Source: the human T2T-CHM13v2.0 reference genome, Homo sapiens. From it: a stretch of 64,000 nt of DNA. Where the stretch lies: assembly GCF_009914755.1 (NCBI RefSeq), contig NC_060928.1. One strand, given 5' to 3'. Positions 13,782-29,756 of the stretch are shown here, piece after piece; position 1 is the first letter of the stretch; each line of letters starts with the position of its first letter. The notes beneath the pieces were generated by a model. That model was given only the letters and a program-made list of their open reading frames with translations, did no database searches and had not been told where the DNA came from. Made by a program: the position numbers and the translations under genes.

Positions 13782-14002
13782 CCCCACCCTCCCCCACCCT
13801 GGCCCCCCCCCCTCCCCCATGCCAGCCCCCACCGTCCCCCACGCCGGCCCCCACCCTCCCCCATGCCGGTCCTCCACCCTCCCCCATGCCGGTCCTCCAC
13901 CCTCCCCCACGCCGGTCCTCCACCCTTCCCCACGCAGGTCCTCCACCCTCCCCCACGCAGGTCCTCCACCCTCCCCCATGCCAGCCCCCACCCTCCCCCA
14001 CA
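13782..14002. repeat. C-rich minisatellite, ~23-bp unit, ~10 copies
   Basis: Unit ccaccctccccca[t/c]gc[c/a]ggtcct with variants. Confidence 0.95.
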
Positions 14003-14082
14003 CTGCTGTTGTCCAGTGTGCCAGAACCCTCTGGCTCCCAGAACGAACCACGTGGGAGCCGAGCCTCTTTGCACCTCATATC

Positions 14083-14230
14083 TTCATTCATTCATTCATA
14101 CCTTCATTCATTCATTCATGCAACAAATGTTGTTCAGAGTCCTACTACAGGCCAGGCACAGCCTGTCCTGGGTGTCATTCTCGACATGACAAAATGCCGT
14201 GGGGAGACCCGGCTGGAATTGCATTCTTGG
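14083..14230 (-). mobile_element. L2 3' end with (TTCA)n
   Basis: ttcattcattcatgcaacaaatg...ctactacaggccaggcac. Confidence 0.7.
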
Positions 14231-14629
14231 TGGCGTGTTGTCATCTCAGCTGAGTGGGCGGGCCTGAGCAGGAAACGCCATGAAAATCATTTTTCTATTT
14301 CTGAGCATACTTGTCAGCTTAATGGGAATTTTAAGTGGTTTGCTGAACTTGCACTGTGTGAAGAACAGAACTTAAAAAGCCACATGTTCACTCTACATCG
14401 ATTCTTTATCTCTCTCTTCTGTGTTTTCCCCCCAAAAGAAATCCATTGCTCACCGCACCGTTTACCAAGCTTCCCGCTAAGACCCTTTCCCCTCACGCGC
14501 TGGTGCGTCTTGGGGGCCCTCCCTACCGCTGGCAGTAGTCGCCAGGAAGACCCACGGGCTTTGCTTGGACAGCTTCAGGTCCCGGAGTGCCCCAAGGATG
14601 CCGGGCGTGTGTGGACCTGTCGCTTACAG

Positions 14630-15050
14630 GCGGCACTGCTTCCCCCTATAATGCATACATTGAAGCCCTAATCCCCAGGACCTTAGAATGTGACCTGACT
14701 TGGAAGTAGGGTCATTGCAGGGGTAATTAGTTCAGATGAGGTCCATCAGAGTCAGGCAGGCCCTTAATCCAACATGACCGGTGTCCCCATAAAAGGTGGA
14801 TGTTTGGACCCAGCCATGTCCACAGAGAGAACGTGGTGGGAAGGTTACAGTCACGCTCCCCCAAGCCAAGGGACCACCAGGGCTGAGAGAGAGGCCTGGA
14901 ACAGACCATGCCCTTGTGCCTGCAGGGGAGCCTGGCTCTGCCAACACCTCGATTTCAGACTTCCAGCCTTCAGGGCGAGGGAGAGCACGTGTCTGCTGCT
15001 CAACACCCCCGCCTGTGGGGCTGGGCATGGCAGCCCTGGGAATCCACCAT
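14630..15050 (+). mobile_element. MLT1B-like MaLR LTR
   Basis: tgaagccctaatcccc...agaatgtgacc...gatttcagacttccagcc. Confidence 0.85.
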
Positions 15051-15989
15051 AGCCACTCATAAAACAAACAAATGCCTGGAAAATGGAGCTGTCTGATGAA
15101 GGTTTACATTCCAGAGCGTCCACCAGGTAGACTATTATGGGGTGCCTCAATGGCGATTACCGACGATCACCTTAGAACCCATGAAGGCATGTGCTGCATG
15201 ATGGGGGAAAGGCGTGAAGGCTGGCAGGTGCGCTGTGGACACAGGGCCCCAGCCTAACCCGGAGACTCCTTAGACAACGGGAATGAAACATGCTAAAGAT
15301 CATCTCACAGAAAACTAGCCCCAGATGTGGCTCTCCACCCACTGCTTCTTTAGGAAGGCAGATTCCCCCTGGGGCAGGCCCCAGCCTCGTCCCCAGGACT
15401 GACGGGAACCGCGGGGTGTGGGACAGGGGCAGCCTCAGGGCGGCTCCTGGTTCCACCTAGCACAAGCTCACCAGACCCTAACCTCGTTTGCTTTTAGGCT
15501 TCCCAAGTGCCAGGGTCCTAGACCCCTCGTCCGTGCCCCGGCCACCGCCTGTCGAGGCCTCCGAGGTCAGCTTCAAGGTGTGTGTGTGGATGACCGGGCC
15601 CCCAGCGGTTGACCGGACCCCCAGTGGGCTCCAGAGCCATTCTGCCTTCTTCACCCTCACCCTCGTTTATGTTCCAAGAGTCCTGGGTTTCCTCAGGTGC
15701 AGCTTCAGGGGGCTCTGCCATGGGAGGCCGGTGTGCCGTGGGCTGTGGGCCATGGGAGGCCAGTGTGCTGTGGGAGGCTGTGTGCCATGTGCCATGGGCC
15801 TCCCCTGAGAGCAGCTGTTGTTTGTAACAAAATCGCCCTGTGTTGACGTCTTCGGCACAGCTCACGCTCACCTGCAGCTTCATGGGAAGCAGGCATCGCC
15901 TCGGTGACGCCTCACCGGGTCCAGGTTCGGGAGCCCCAGAGTCCTGAGAAGCAGAATCGTCAGTGCCCATGCATCCAGGGGTAGGCAAG

Positions 15990-16160
15990 GGCCCAAATCT
16001 CTGCCCGGCCACTTCCTGGCTCTGTGACCTCAGGAAAGGCACCCAGTGCTCTGGGCCTCAGCTTCCTGCACCTGTAACACGAGGACGATCATGCCCGCCT
16101 TACCAAGCATAGGATTGGGTGAGATTATGTGAGGGGTGGTCCAGTGCCAGGGTTCCAGGC
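15990..16160 (+). mobile_element. MIR
   Basis: ctgtgacctcagg...ctctgggcctcagcttcctgcacctgtaa. Confidence 0.75.
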
Positions 16161-16721
16161 AGTCACCACCACCACAGGCAAAGCCATGGTGCCCTCCTTG
16201 CTGCCCCGGAGGGTGTCAGGGGCCAGAGGATGGGCTGCAGCAGCGCCAGCTCAGGGGCTGGACAGAGACAAGGCGGGCTGGGGGCTACTGTTGCTGCCAT
16301 ACAGAGTCTTCCTCTGTCTGCTCGCAGAATCTCATGGCCGTTGCTGTTACAGGACACTGACTCGAGAGACGAGAGAGACACCAGAACGACACCCACAATT
16401 GCTCCTTCCATCTGTTCAGAGAACTTGGGGGTGCCTGCTGAGTGCTGGGCCCTAGTGGGGTGCTGGAGACGCTGTGACGAGGACTCCCCCCAGGAGGGGC
16501 AGGGATGCAGCCGTGGGCAGAAGTCATCCCAAGGAGGCAGGTGGTCACCCCTACACAGCCTGGGGCTGGCAGAGGAGGGGAGACCAGGGTCCACGGGGAA
16601 GGAAGTTGAAGGCTCAGCAGGCTTCGTGACCTTGCCTGGTGAGTGGGATTTGGACACCCAGGACGGGAAGGTATGGAGGGTGGGGGACGGGAGAAGGAGG
16701 ACTAGGCTGGGAAGCAGTGAG

Positions 16722-16975
16722 CAGAACCACTGGGTGCACAGAGCCAGCTGTCGTGTGCACACCTGGTGCTATCAGGGAACCGTCGGGTGCACAGAGCCAG
16801 CTGTCAGGTGCCCACCTGGCGCTACCAGGGTCCCCACTTGGATTATGTCTGGTGGGTGGACTCTGGAGATGGCAGCTGCTGCTGTCTACAGCGCCCTGTG
16901 TCCTAAGACCTGCAGCTAGCCGACAAGGCTCCGGTGATGTCCTAGAGTGTCTCAGGACAGAGGGGGCCTGTGGAG
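16722..16975 (+). repeat. Dispersed direct repeat, copy A, with a duplicated ~50-bp head
   Basis: Aligns by eye to 18206-18407. Confidence 0.9.
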
Positions 16976-18021
16976 CTCACTCCCTCCCCTCCAGCCGAGG
17001 CCTCGCCATGCCAATCTTCATGCCACCTTGCTGTTTCTTGGGCAACACCTGTGTCTCTGCCCAAGCTGTGACCAGGTGCAGGCCCCCGGCTATCGGCGTG
17101 GGAAGAGCAGCTTCTGGGGGGTCTTCTTAGGACCTGGAGAGCTGTGGCTGTGTGGGAGGGTGCAGGGAGCAAGTGTCCTCTTAGGGTCAGGAGCCCCCTC
17201 TGACCCTGGTCACTGTCCAGTCATCAAGTGGGTTGCCTGGGGTGGTGAGCAGCCTGTCCTTGAAGGTGTGAGCCGGGACCGTGTGCTCGGCTCAGCCAGA
17301 CAAGTTTTCTCAAGCCAGAACTGCCCTGAGCGCTCGTCCAAGCGGCCCCCACCCCCTGTGCCAGCCTCGCTGTGCTGTGCAGTTCCAGTTCCATCACAGC
17401 AGTTCTTCCTCTGGATGGGGACAGACAGCCCAGCCCTGAATTATTCATGCTGACTCTTGCAGTCTCCGAGCTTGACACCCCATCAAGGAAATGCGTGGTA
17501 AATGCAGTGATTTATGCAGGTACTTAAGGCCACAGTGGCTCTGCCCAACCGCCTGGAGGTGATCCAGGCCCCATCTCTCCCCATGCAGGCTTCCTGGAGG
17601 TTCCTGGAGGTCTGGCAGTGCAGGTGGGCAGGACCCTTCCAGTTGGGTACCAGGAAGGGATGTGGCCTCTGCGGGGTGCCCCAAAGGGATCCCTCACCTG
17701 GAGTGCACTCAGAGCCCCCCTCCCCTGCTATCTGGGCCTGGGCTGAGCTCAAGGGTCCCAAGCAGAGGGAAGGCCAAAGGGGAACACTGCAGAGGGATGC
17801 TGGGAAACCCTCTTGCCAGCTCCTGTTCACTGCACTTCACAGTGACTGAGCCTGGGAAACAGCTCAGCTCACTGCAGTTGGGCAGAGAGGGAAACTGAGT
17901 CATGGGGTCATTTACCCAGGCCACATGATCAGTCTTTCCCCCATGATCTCTAGGATCTAGGCTAGTGGGGATCATATCTATATCTGGGCATCTCTCTGCC
18001 CAGGTTGAGCAATATGGACAA

Positions 18022-18058
18022 ATCATTCATTCATTCATTCATTCATTCATTCATTCAT
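18022..18058. repeat. (TTCA)n microsatellite
   Basis: Read directly. Confidence 0.95.
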
Positions 18059-18205
18059 CTGTTCCCAGCTCAGCCACCTACTGGCCTGAGGCCTTGGGTT
18101 AGGGACTCAGCTCCCACATGCCTGGTTTCATATGCAGAATGGAGACGACAGCTCCTGCCTCACATCTGTGGTGGGAACGACATGAGTTAGTGCAGGTAAA
18201 GGGTT

Positions 18206-18407
18206 CAGAACAATGAGGTGCACAGAGCCAGCTGTTGGGTTCACACCTGGCACTATCAGGGTCCCCACTCGGATTATGCCTGGTGGCTGGACTCTGGAGA
18301 TGGCAGCTGCCGCTGTCTACAAGGCCCTGTGTCCTAAGATGTACAGCTCGCTGACAAGGCTGCGGCAATGCCCCAGAGCTTCTCAGGACAGTGGGGACCT
18401 GTGGAAC
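18206..18407 (+). repeat. Dispersed direct repeat, copy B, continuous with the 3' end of a MIR at ~18075-18230
   Basis: ggtgcacagagccagctg...gactctggagatggcagctg...tctcaggacag shared with copy A. Confidence 0.9.
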
Positions 18408-18713
18408 ATCAGGCAGTACGCACTGGTCGGTACTTTTAGCAGGGCCTTTGGATGGAGCGAGAGGCCTCCCTGCCACACTCCAGCTCCTGACCCTTGTGCC
18501 TCAGGCCCAGACCCAGTCCTACCGACGAACATTCACAGAGTATTGCTGTGTGCAGGCCCCCAGGCTCAGGGCTGGGCTAAGCCACTGCAAGAAAGCCATC
18601 AGCAGCCCCTCCGCTGGACGCTCTTCTGGGATCCCTTGAATGGGGAGGGACCAGGACTGCTCCAGCCACAGCCTGGGAGAGCCACAGGGCAGGTGCCAGG
18701 CGGACTGAGGCTG

Positions 18714-18717
<4 letters not shown>

Positions 18718-18779
<62 letters not shown>
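18718..18779. repeat. (GA)n microsatellite
   Basis: Read directly. Confidence 0.98.
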
Positions 18780-18781
<2 letters not shown>

Positions 18782-19154
18782 CCCCCCAGGCAGGCCGACC
18801 TGGGGATAGCTGAGCAGGGGCACAGAAAGGCAGGGACAGATGAGGAGGAAGGCAGAGACTGTGCCCTCCCTCAGCTCCTCAGCGGCGTGGGTTCCTCTGG
18901 CACTGACCTGACCCGGGAGGAGATGACGTCTGCCCCAGGAGGGCCCCCTGCTCAGATGAGGTGCCCTGTGGCAGGGAAGCCCAGGCGGCTGTGCAGAAGA
19001 AGGCTGGGAGCCCAGCCCACCCATCCGCAGTGCCCAGAGAAGCAGGCAGGGCCTGTCTGTGGCACAATGGTGCCACCCAGTGGCCATACCCCCAAATCGC
19101 ACCTGTGCCAGGACCAAAGCTGGGCAGGCAACCCGCGAGAGGTGGAGGTACCCT

Positions 19155-19340
19155 GCGACCTGAATATTTAGTAAATACAAACTCCACGGGACACTCAGTT
19201 AAAGGAAGATTTCAGACGAACGTTGAGTAATTTCTTTAGAATGTGTCCTAAATATTGCACCGGACAAACTCACACTAAACAGTGTTTGTTTATCTGAAAT
19301 TCATCTTTACCTGGGCTTCCTGTATTTTATCTGTACTTAT
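19155..19340. mobile_element. MER53 palindromic hAT-type MITE (degenerate)
   Basis: cagttaaa...atttcagacgaac...tgtcctaaatattgca...gtttatctgaaattca...ctgggcttcctgtattttatctg matches the recalled MER53 consensus. Confidence 0.75.
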
Positions 19341-19670
19341 TTACCTTAGCCTCAAGTGACTTTTAGGACAACAAAGGTTTACTTGGGGTAAACACCATTG
19401 GGCTGTTGGGCCTTGGGGTATAAAGGGGCGGTTCTGCTGCCTCCTGCTTATTTCCTGGGGCTTAGAGCAAACTGAAATAGACAGGGGCGCTTCCTTCGGG
19501 GCAGGCACCCTGCTAAGCAGTCAGGTATTTAATCCTCACGCACAACCCATGTGGGTAACACCACTGTGTCTTCACTTTACAGATGGGGAAACTGAGGCTC
19601 AGAGAAGCAAATCGACTTGCTCCTAACTAGAAGGTGACCTGCTGTGCACTGAATGTTTGTGGCCCCCCAG

Positions 19671-19783
19671 TTCCTTCCTTCCTTCTTTCCTTCCTTCATT
19701 CCTTTATTCTTTCTTTTTCTTTCTTTCTTTCCTTCCTTCCTTCCTTCCTTCCTTCCTTCCTTCCTTCCTTCCTTCCTTCCTTC

Positions 19784-19831
<48 letters not shown>

Positions 19832-20039
19832 TTTCTTTCTTTCCTTCCGTCCCTTCCTTTCTCATTCTTCTTTTTCTTTCTTTCTCTTTCTTTCTTTCTT
19901 GCTTGCTTGCTTGCTTTCTTTCTTCTTTCTTTCCCTCCCTCCCTTCCTTCCTTTCTCTTTCTTCTCTTTCTTTCTTTCTTTCTTTCTTTCTTCTTTCTTT
20001 CTTTCCTTCTTTCTTTTTCTTTCTTCCTTCTTTCTTTCT

Positions 20040-20091
<52 letters not shown>

Positions 20092-20135
20092 TCCCTCTCT
20101 CTCTCTTTCATTCTTTCTTTCTCTCTCTTTCTTTC
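19671..20135. repeat. Compound (TTCC)n/(TTTC)n/(CTTG)n polypyrimidine tract
   Basis: About 465 bp of almost pure C/T, in the tail position of the adjacent Alu. Confidence 0.98.
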
Positions 20136-20418
20136 GAGATGGAGTCTTGCTCTGTCACCCAGGCAGATTGTGCAGTGGTGCAATCTCCACTCACTGCAAC
20201 CTCCGCCTCCTGGATTCAAGTGATTCTCCCGTCTCAGCCTCCTGAGTAGCTGAGATTACAGGCACACAGCACCACATCCGGCTAATTTTTGTATTTTTAA
20301 TAGAGACGGGGTTTTGCCATGTTGGTCAGGCTGGTCTCAAACGCCTGATCTCAAGTGATACCCCCGCCTCAGCCTCCCAAAGTGCTGGGACTATAGGTGT
20401 GAGCCACCACACCCGGCC
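20136..20418 (-). mobile_element. Alu (S-type)
   Basis: gagatggagtcttgctc...gagccaccacacccggcc. Confidence 0.97.
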
Positions 20419-22380
20419 TGCTGCCCACCCCCCATTTCTATGTTGAAGCCCTGATCCCCAGTGTTAGGAGGGGACTGCAGGAAGTGATTATCTCATCCCA
20501 CGGAAGGCCTCATAGAAGGATCGGTGCCTTTATAAGAAGAGACCAGAGTGTGTGCTCTCTCCCTGGCCTCCCACCACGTGGGGACACAGCATGGACCAAG
20601 CAAGACAGCAGAGAGCCTCATCAGACACCACTGTGTGAGCACCTTGACCTGGGCCTTCCAGCCTCCGGAGCTGTGAGGATGTCCACGTCTGTTGCTTCAG
20701 CCCCACAGTCTGTGTTACTTTTATTACAGCAGCTCGAACACACAAAGACACTCTCTAAGGGCTCCGCTTCGAGACACTGCCCCTCCCCTGCACAGACACC
20801 ATTGGGGGTGACTGGTACATTGTACCGATCGGGAGCCTGGGAGAGTGGGATGATACCACGGACAGTGCCAGAGCTGAGACTGGCACCAACATCAGATGGG
20901 CCCTGCCTGAGGTTGGCAGAGAACTCTGCCTGTCTCTTTCAGGGGAGAAGAAGCCATGGAGGAGAAGTGGGGGGCATGCAGCTCCTGGGCCACCGAGCCC
21001 GGGCCGGGCCACTGCACTTCCCAGCAATGCTGTTCCCAGGAGGGCGTGCTGTGAAGTCCCCCAAAGAGCAGAGAGCGGCTGCAGCTGGCCTGGCTGCAGA
21101 GAGCCCACGGCCATCACAAGGGCAGGTGCAGCCCAGGGCCGAGTCCCAGCTCCAGGCTGGCTCCAAGGATGTGGGGACAGGCCATCTGGGGCTTGGGCTC
21201 CCTTGTCCTTCCCACCGTTCCAAGAGGGCTAGGTGAACACCCACTGTTCCAGGTGCCAGGGCTATGGAAGGGTCCAGGCAGGCACAGCTCCAGCCCCGTG
21301 AGCCAGCCTTCAGACCATGGGGACTGGGGACAGATGATTCTGTGGTTCTCGCAAGTTGGTTCTGGGGATTCTTAGGGGAAGGGGCTCCAGCTCTCTGTGG
21401 GGGTCAGAGGAGACCTTGGGTTGAAGCACACAGGAAGGCGGGAGTCTGCCGGGCTGGGGAGGAGAGCTCTGGGACAAACAGCACAGTGAGCACCAAGATC
21501 CAGGGGTAGAAGTGAGCTTGGGTATTCTAGGAACAGCGAGGTGGCCCGGGCAGCTGAGTGGCGTCGGGGAGGGGACACACCATGGAGAGATGAGTCAGAG
21601 GGGTCCAGACAGATGTCACCAGCAAGACCACCAGGAGCCGCAGGTGGGGAGCTGTGCAACCTCATGTATTTATGGGCAGGGAGACACCGTGACGTGGCTC
21701 CTGTAGGCGTCCAGGCCTGAGGGGTGGGGCCCGGGCCTGAGTGGGAGGGCTGGAGGGGGAGGATGCCCCAGATTTGGGGTTTGTGCTGAACATGGTGCCA
21801 TCAGGATTTTCTGAGGGATTGATGTGGGGCACAAGAGAAACTGAGCCACAAGGACAATTGGAAAGCTCTGGACGGGGGAGATGCAGAAGACCGAGTGGGC
21901 TTCTATGCGTACTGAGTGGGACACCCCAGTGAAGGTGGCAGGGATCCCTTGGACACGTGATTGGGTGCACGCTCCAGTTGCATAGGCCGGAGGTCTGGGC
22001 TGGAGGCATGAACTTGGGAGTCGGCAGCCTGGGAGTGAGCCTGGGGACCTCCCCGGGGGAGGTCCTGCTCACTGCAGAGGCCCCGGCCCCAACTGCAGTC
22101 ACAAGTACCTGCAAGTGTCACCACCTCACTGAGGCCTGGAGAGAGTTGTCCTGGCAGCCAAGGCAGACCTGTTGAGCCAAGTGATGTCCACCACCCCTGA
22201 CAGCATCCTGCTCGCTGGTGACTCCCAGGAGAGTAAAGGGAAAGGCAAAGGGAAATCAGACTTTAAATGGGTGGGCCCCCTTCTCTCTCAGTATAGATGG
22301 GAAAATTGAGCCCCAGGAGGCTAAGGGAGATGCCTGAAGGACAGAGTGTTCTTTCCGGTTCTCTAGAACCGGAAAGAAAG

Positions 22381-22881
22381 TGTAATAGCTTCCCTGGCTG
22401 CCCTAACAAACCACCACAAACTTAGTGGCATAAAACAACACAGATGTGTTTTCTCACATACTGGAGGTCAGAACTCCAACAAGAGTCTCACTGTGTTAAA
22501 GTCAAGCTGTCAGCAGGCCCATATCCCTTCCGGAGGCTCCTGAGCAGAGAAGCTGTTTCCCTGCCTTGTCCAGCTCCCAGAGGCCACCTGCCTTCCTTGG
22601 CTCATGGTCCTTCATCCATCCTCAAAGTCAGCACCAGTGGGTTGAGTCCTCACATCACATCACTCTGGCCTCTGTTCCTGCATCCCTCTTTTACAGTGAA
22701 GGACCCTGTGATGACACTGGGCCACCTGCAAGTACAGAATAACCTCCCAATGGTAAGAATGGCTGATTCTCAGCCTGAATTCCACTGCAGCCTGAATTCC
22801 CCTTTGCCTTGCAGCCCAAGCTGTTCACAGCTTCAGGATCAGGACTCCTGCTCTCTGGGGACCCTTATTCTGCTGACCACA
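22381..22881 (-). mobile_element. MLT1D-like MaLR LTR
   Basis: tgtaatagcttccctggctgccctaacaaaccaccacaaacttagtggc...attctgctgaccaca. Confidence 0.88.
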
Positions 22882-22899
22882 ATCTCCAAGCTCAGACCA

Positions 22900-23097
22900 A
22901 GTCAGGGCCTTTCACCAGCTGCACCCTTCACCTGGAGTGCTCTTTCCCATGAACTTCCCCAGGCTTTCTTCCCCCATGCAAATCTCCGTGCTCAGACATC
23001 ACCTTCTCCAAAAGGCCTCTGGCTAGGTCACCCCATCCCTGTTGTCCTCTCCCTTGCCTGGTTTTCCTCTTAGCACTGATCACTGCCTGGAATTGGG
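22900..23097 (+). mobile_element. L2 fragment, left part of an L2 split by the L1
   Basis: ctcagacatcaccttctcc...tagcactgatcactgcctg; continues at 38490. Confidence 0.65.
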
Positions 23098-23115
23098 AAA
23101 TGCTTGCATATTACA

Positions 23116-26954
<3,839 letters not shown>

Positions 26955-27425
26955 TGTGGAAGGAAAATAAATCTTGGGGCCCCCAAATCACTAAGGTAAA
27001 GGGAGAAGTCAAGCTGGGAACTGCTTAGGGCAAACCTGACTCCCATTCTATTCAAAGTCACCCCTCTGCTCACTGAGATAAATGCATCTCTGATCGCCTC
27101 CTTTGGAGAGGCTCATCAGAAACTCAAAAGAATGCACCCATTTCTCTCTTATCTACCTATGACCCGGAAGCCCCCTCCTGCTTAGAGTTGTCCTGCCTTT
27201 GCTTCAGTTGTCTCCTCTTTGTGGACCAAATCCATGTTCATCTTACATAAGTTGATGGATGTCTCATGTCTCCCTAAAATGTATAAAAACCAAACTACGC
27301 TCTGACCATCTTGGGCGCGTGTTGTCAGGACCTCCTGATGCTGTGTCATGGATGGGCATCCTCAACCTTGGCAAAACAGACTTTCTAAATTAACTGAGAC
27401 CTGTCTCAAATATTCGGGGTTCACA
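26955..27425 (+). mobile_element. MER4A/MER4A1-type 5' LTR (ERV1)
   Basis: tgtggaaggaaaataaatcttggggccc...ggggttcaca, then PBS-position ttttggtaacca; preceded by ccta. Confidence 0.92.
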
Positions 27426-27893
27426 TTTTGGTAACCATGAAGGGATTTTGAGTGGAGATGCTCCTGACCATTGACAAATCTCCTATCAGTGCTTGTTACC
27501 AGCATATGCTAACTTTAGGCCTCAAGCCAGTAGGACAATTTGCTGAGGTCTGAGAGCACCCTCTTCGGAGAATCCCTGATCTCCCTAAATTTGGTCAAGA
27601 TCTAAAGCTTATTTTGCTCTACAACTCCCCTTTTTTTTGGAGTTTTACTTGCTTCCAACAAGGAAGGCAAGATTTCCTGCTTCCATGATGATGGAAGGCA
27701 GGTAACTCCCTTATGGAGTTTCAGCTCACTCCCAGCAGGGAAGATGATTTTGAGTTTTTTTTTTTTTTATTTTAATGCTTTTAGGATGGTAGAAAGCAAT
27801 CTTCAGTTTGAGACCCATCCTTAGGTAAGTAGTTGAATTAGAGTTCTGCCTTCGCTAAAGTTTAACAACAAACTGGTCTTAATTTCTCCTTAC

Positions 27894-28192
27894 TTTTTTT
27901 TCTTTTTTTTTTTTTGGACGGAGTCTCATTCTGTTGCCCAGGGTGCGGTCTTGGCTCACTGCAACCTCTGCCTCCCCAGTTCAAGTGATTCTCCTGCCTC
28001 AGCCTCCCAAGTAGCTGGGATTACAGGCACCCACCACCACCCCTGGCTAATTTTTTTTTTTTTTGTATTTTTAGTAGAGACGAGGTTTCACCATGTTGGC
28101 CAGACTGGTCTGGAACTCCTGACCATAGGCAATCTGCCCACCTTGACCTCCCAAAATGCTGGGATTACAGGCGTGAGCCACCGCACCCCTCC
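27894..28192 (-). mobile_element. Alu
   Basis: Antisense Alu with poly-T and TSD-like tttctcctt flanks. Confidence 0.95.
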
Positions 28193-29472
28193 TGTTTCTC
28201 CTTTTACTATTACAGCGCTCATTGATCATATTGTTGAGTTTTTGTTGTTGTTGTTTGTTCCGGTCTTTCTCCCATCAGATTTGACCAACTCTAATTGACT
28301 TGGTCAAATCTGAGTGAGAATTCCAAATTATGGGTAACAAACCCTCTCTAATTTGGCTGAAATTCCTTGCAGCTGCAAAAGAGGAAAAAAACAAAAAACA
28401 AAAGCCCAAAACAAAAAAAAACATGGGCTTGGTTTCTGTGTTTGCTTCCTGTCTTAAAAAACAACAACAACAACAACACACACACACACACACAGACACA
28501 CACACACACACACAAACAAATGTTCTTTTGTTTACTTCTCTTCCACCCTATACCTCCTTCCCCCTTTGCCATCTGCAGTACCAAAAAACCTAGAGAAGGC
28601 TTCTAATGACTCAAACCCCTTTAAAGAATTCAGAACAAAGCCACCACTCACCCCTTTTGGAGTGTTCTGTTTCCTTTATGAAGCTTCCAAAGTCATGGGC
28701 AGATTCTTCTTAGGTCTAAAGCTCTGTTTTCCTGTATTGCATGACTGCCCTCTTTGGCTTTGGGGATACCAGAGATGACCTTGTACTGTGAGAGGACTTG
28801 ACCTTGGCCTGTGTAATGGTGGATAAGGGCTACAAACTTCGGGGTGGCTGAGCACAGTTTACAGGAATGGTCTTGGTTATTTTTTATTTTATTTTTTTTC
28901 TCCTAGGAAGTGGTTGTTTAAGGATCCTAATTCTAGTTTGGAGATGCATTCTAAAGGGTCTTCTCTTTTGCCTTTTCTCCCCAAGTTAATCTTAATTCAG
29001 CTTGTCTGTGCACATTTGCATGAGGAACTGAACTGTTGTTTTCATAGGTAGATGAGAGGCCGAGTTTTCTCAGCTATAAAGAGAAAGGGCATTTGCTTTT
29101 GGCAAGCAAAAGACACCCCTGGGTGATCAGGGGCCTCATGGGAGTGTCTGGGGTGATTACCCCCTATGACTTGCAGTGGCCTTATGGGGAAATCCCCAAT
29201 ACAAATTAATTTTTTAAAAGGCTCATCCAGGAAATGCATGTAAGGGCTGATCACCCAGCTTTTTAAGCCCTCTTAGAGGTCATAGACCTCTGGAAACACA
29301 AACTGAGACACATAAGAGGGTGGCAGTGAGTTGGTGGTGAAACACTGTGGAATCCGGCCCACAAGCAGCACACATCGATTTACCACACAAGAACCTGGGC
29401 CACAGCTCAGCTCCTCCTTTAAAGAAAAAAAAAGCAGGAAACAATATAAGAATGAGGAGAAAACAAGGAGAA

Positions 29473-29756
29473 TTTGAGATGGAGTCTCGCTCTGTTGCCC
29501 AGGCTGGAGTGCAGTGGTACGACCTTGGCTCACTGCAACCTCTGCCTTCTGGGTTCAAGTGATTCTGCTGCCTCAGCCTCCTGAGTAGCTGGGATTACAG
29601 GCATGCGCCACCACGCCTGGCTAATTTTCTATTTTTTGGTAGAGATGTGTTTCTCCATGTTGGTCAGGTTGGTCTCGAACTCCCGACCTCCGGTGATCCA
29701 CCTGCCTTGGCCTCCCAAAGTGCTGGGATTACAGGTGTGAGCCACTGCACCCAACC
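29473..29756 (-). mobile_element. Alu with almost no tail
   Basis: Only ttt precedes gagatggagtctcgctc; body is full length. Confidence 0.95.

Larger units (their letters stand above)
19640..20750 (+). mobile_element. MLT1A-type LTR split by an Alu and its expanded tail
   Basis: 5' end tgctgtgcactgaatgtttgtggcccccca at ~19640; resumes at ~20425 (tatgttgaagccctgatcccca) and ends acaaagaca. Confidence 0.85.

Noticed and set aside
13782-14002. PRDM9 13-mer (CCNCCNTNNCCNC) array
   Set aside because: The main unit ccaccctcccccac misses the last position in the registers I checked by eye
13442-14671. 409-aa proline-rich ORF
   Set aside because: It stays open because it crosses a stop-free minisatellite and an L2/(TTCA)n tract; no recognisable domain
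19634-20249. F/L/S-rich and K/E/R-rich ORFs
   Set aside because: Translations of the polypyrimidine microsatellite plus Alu
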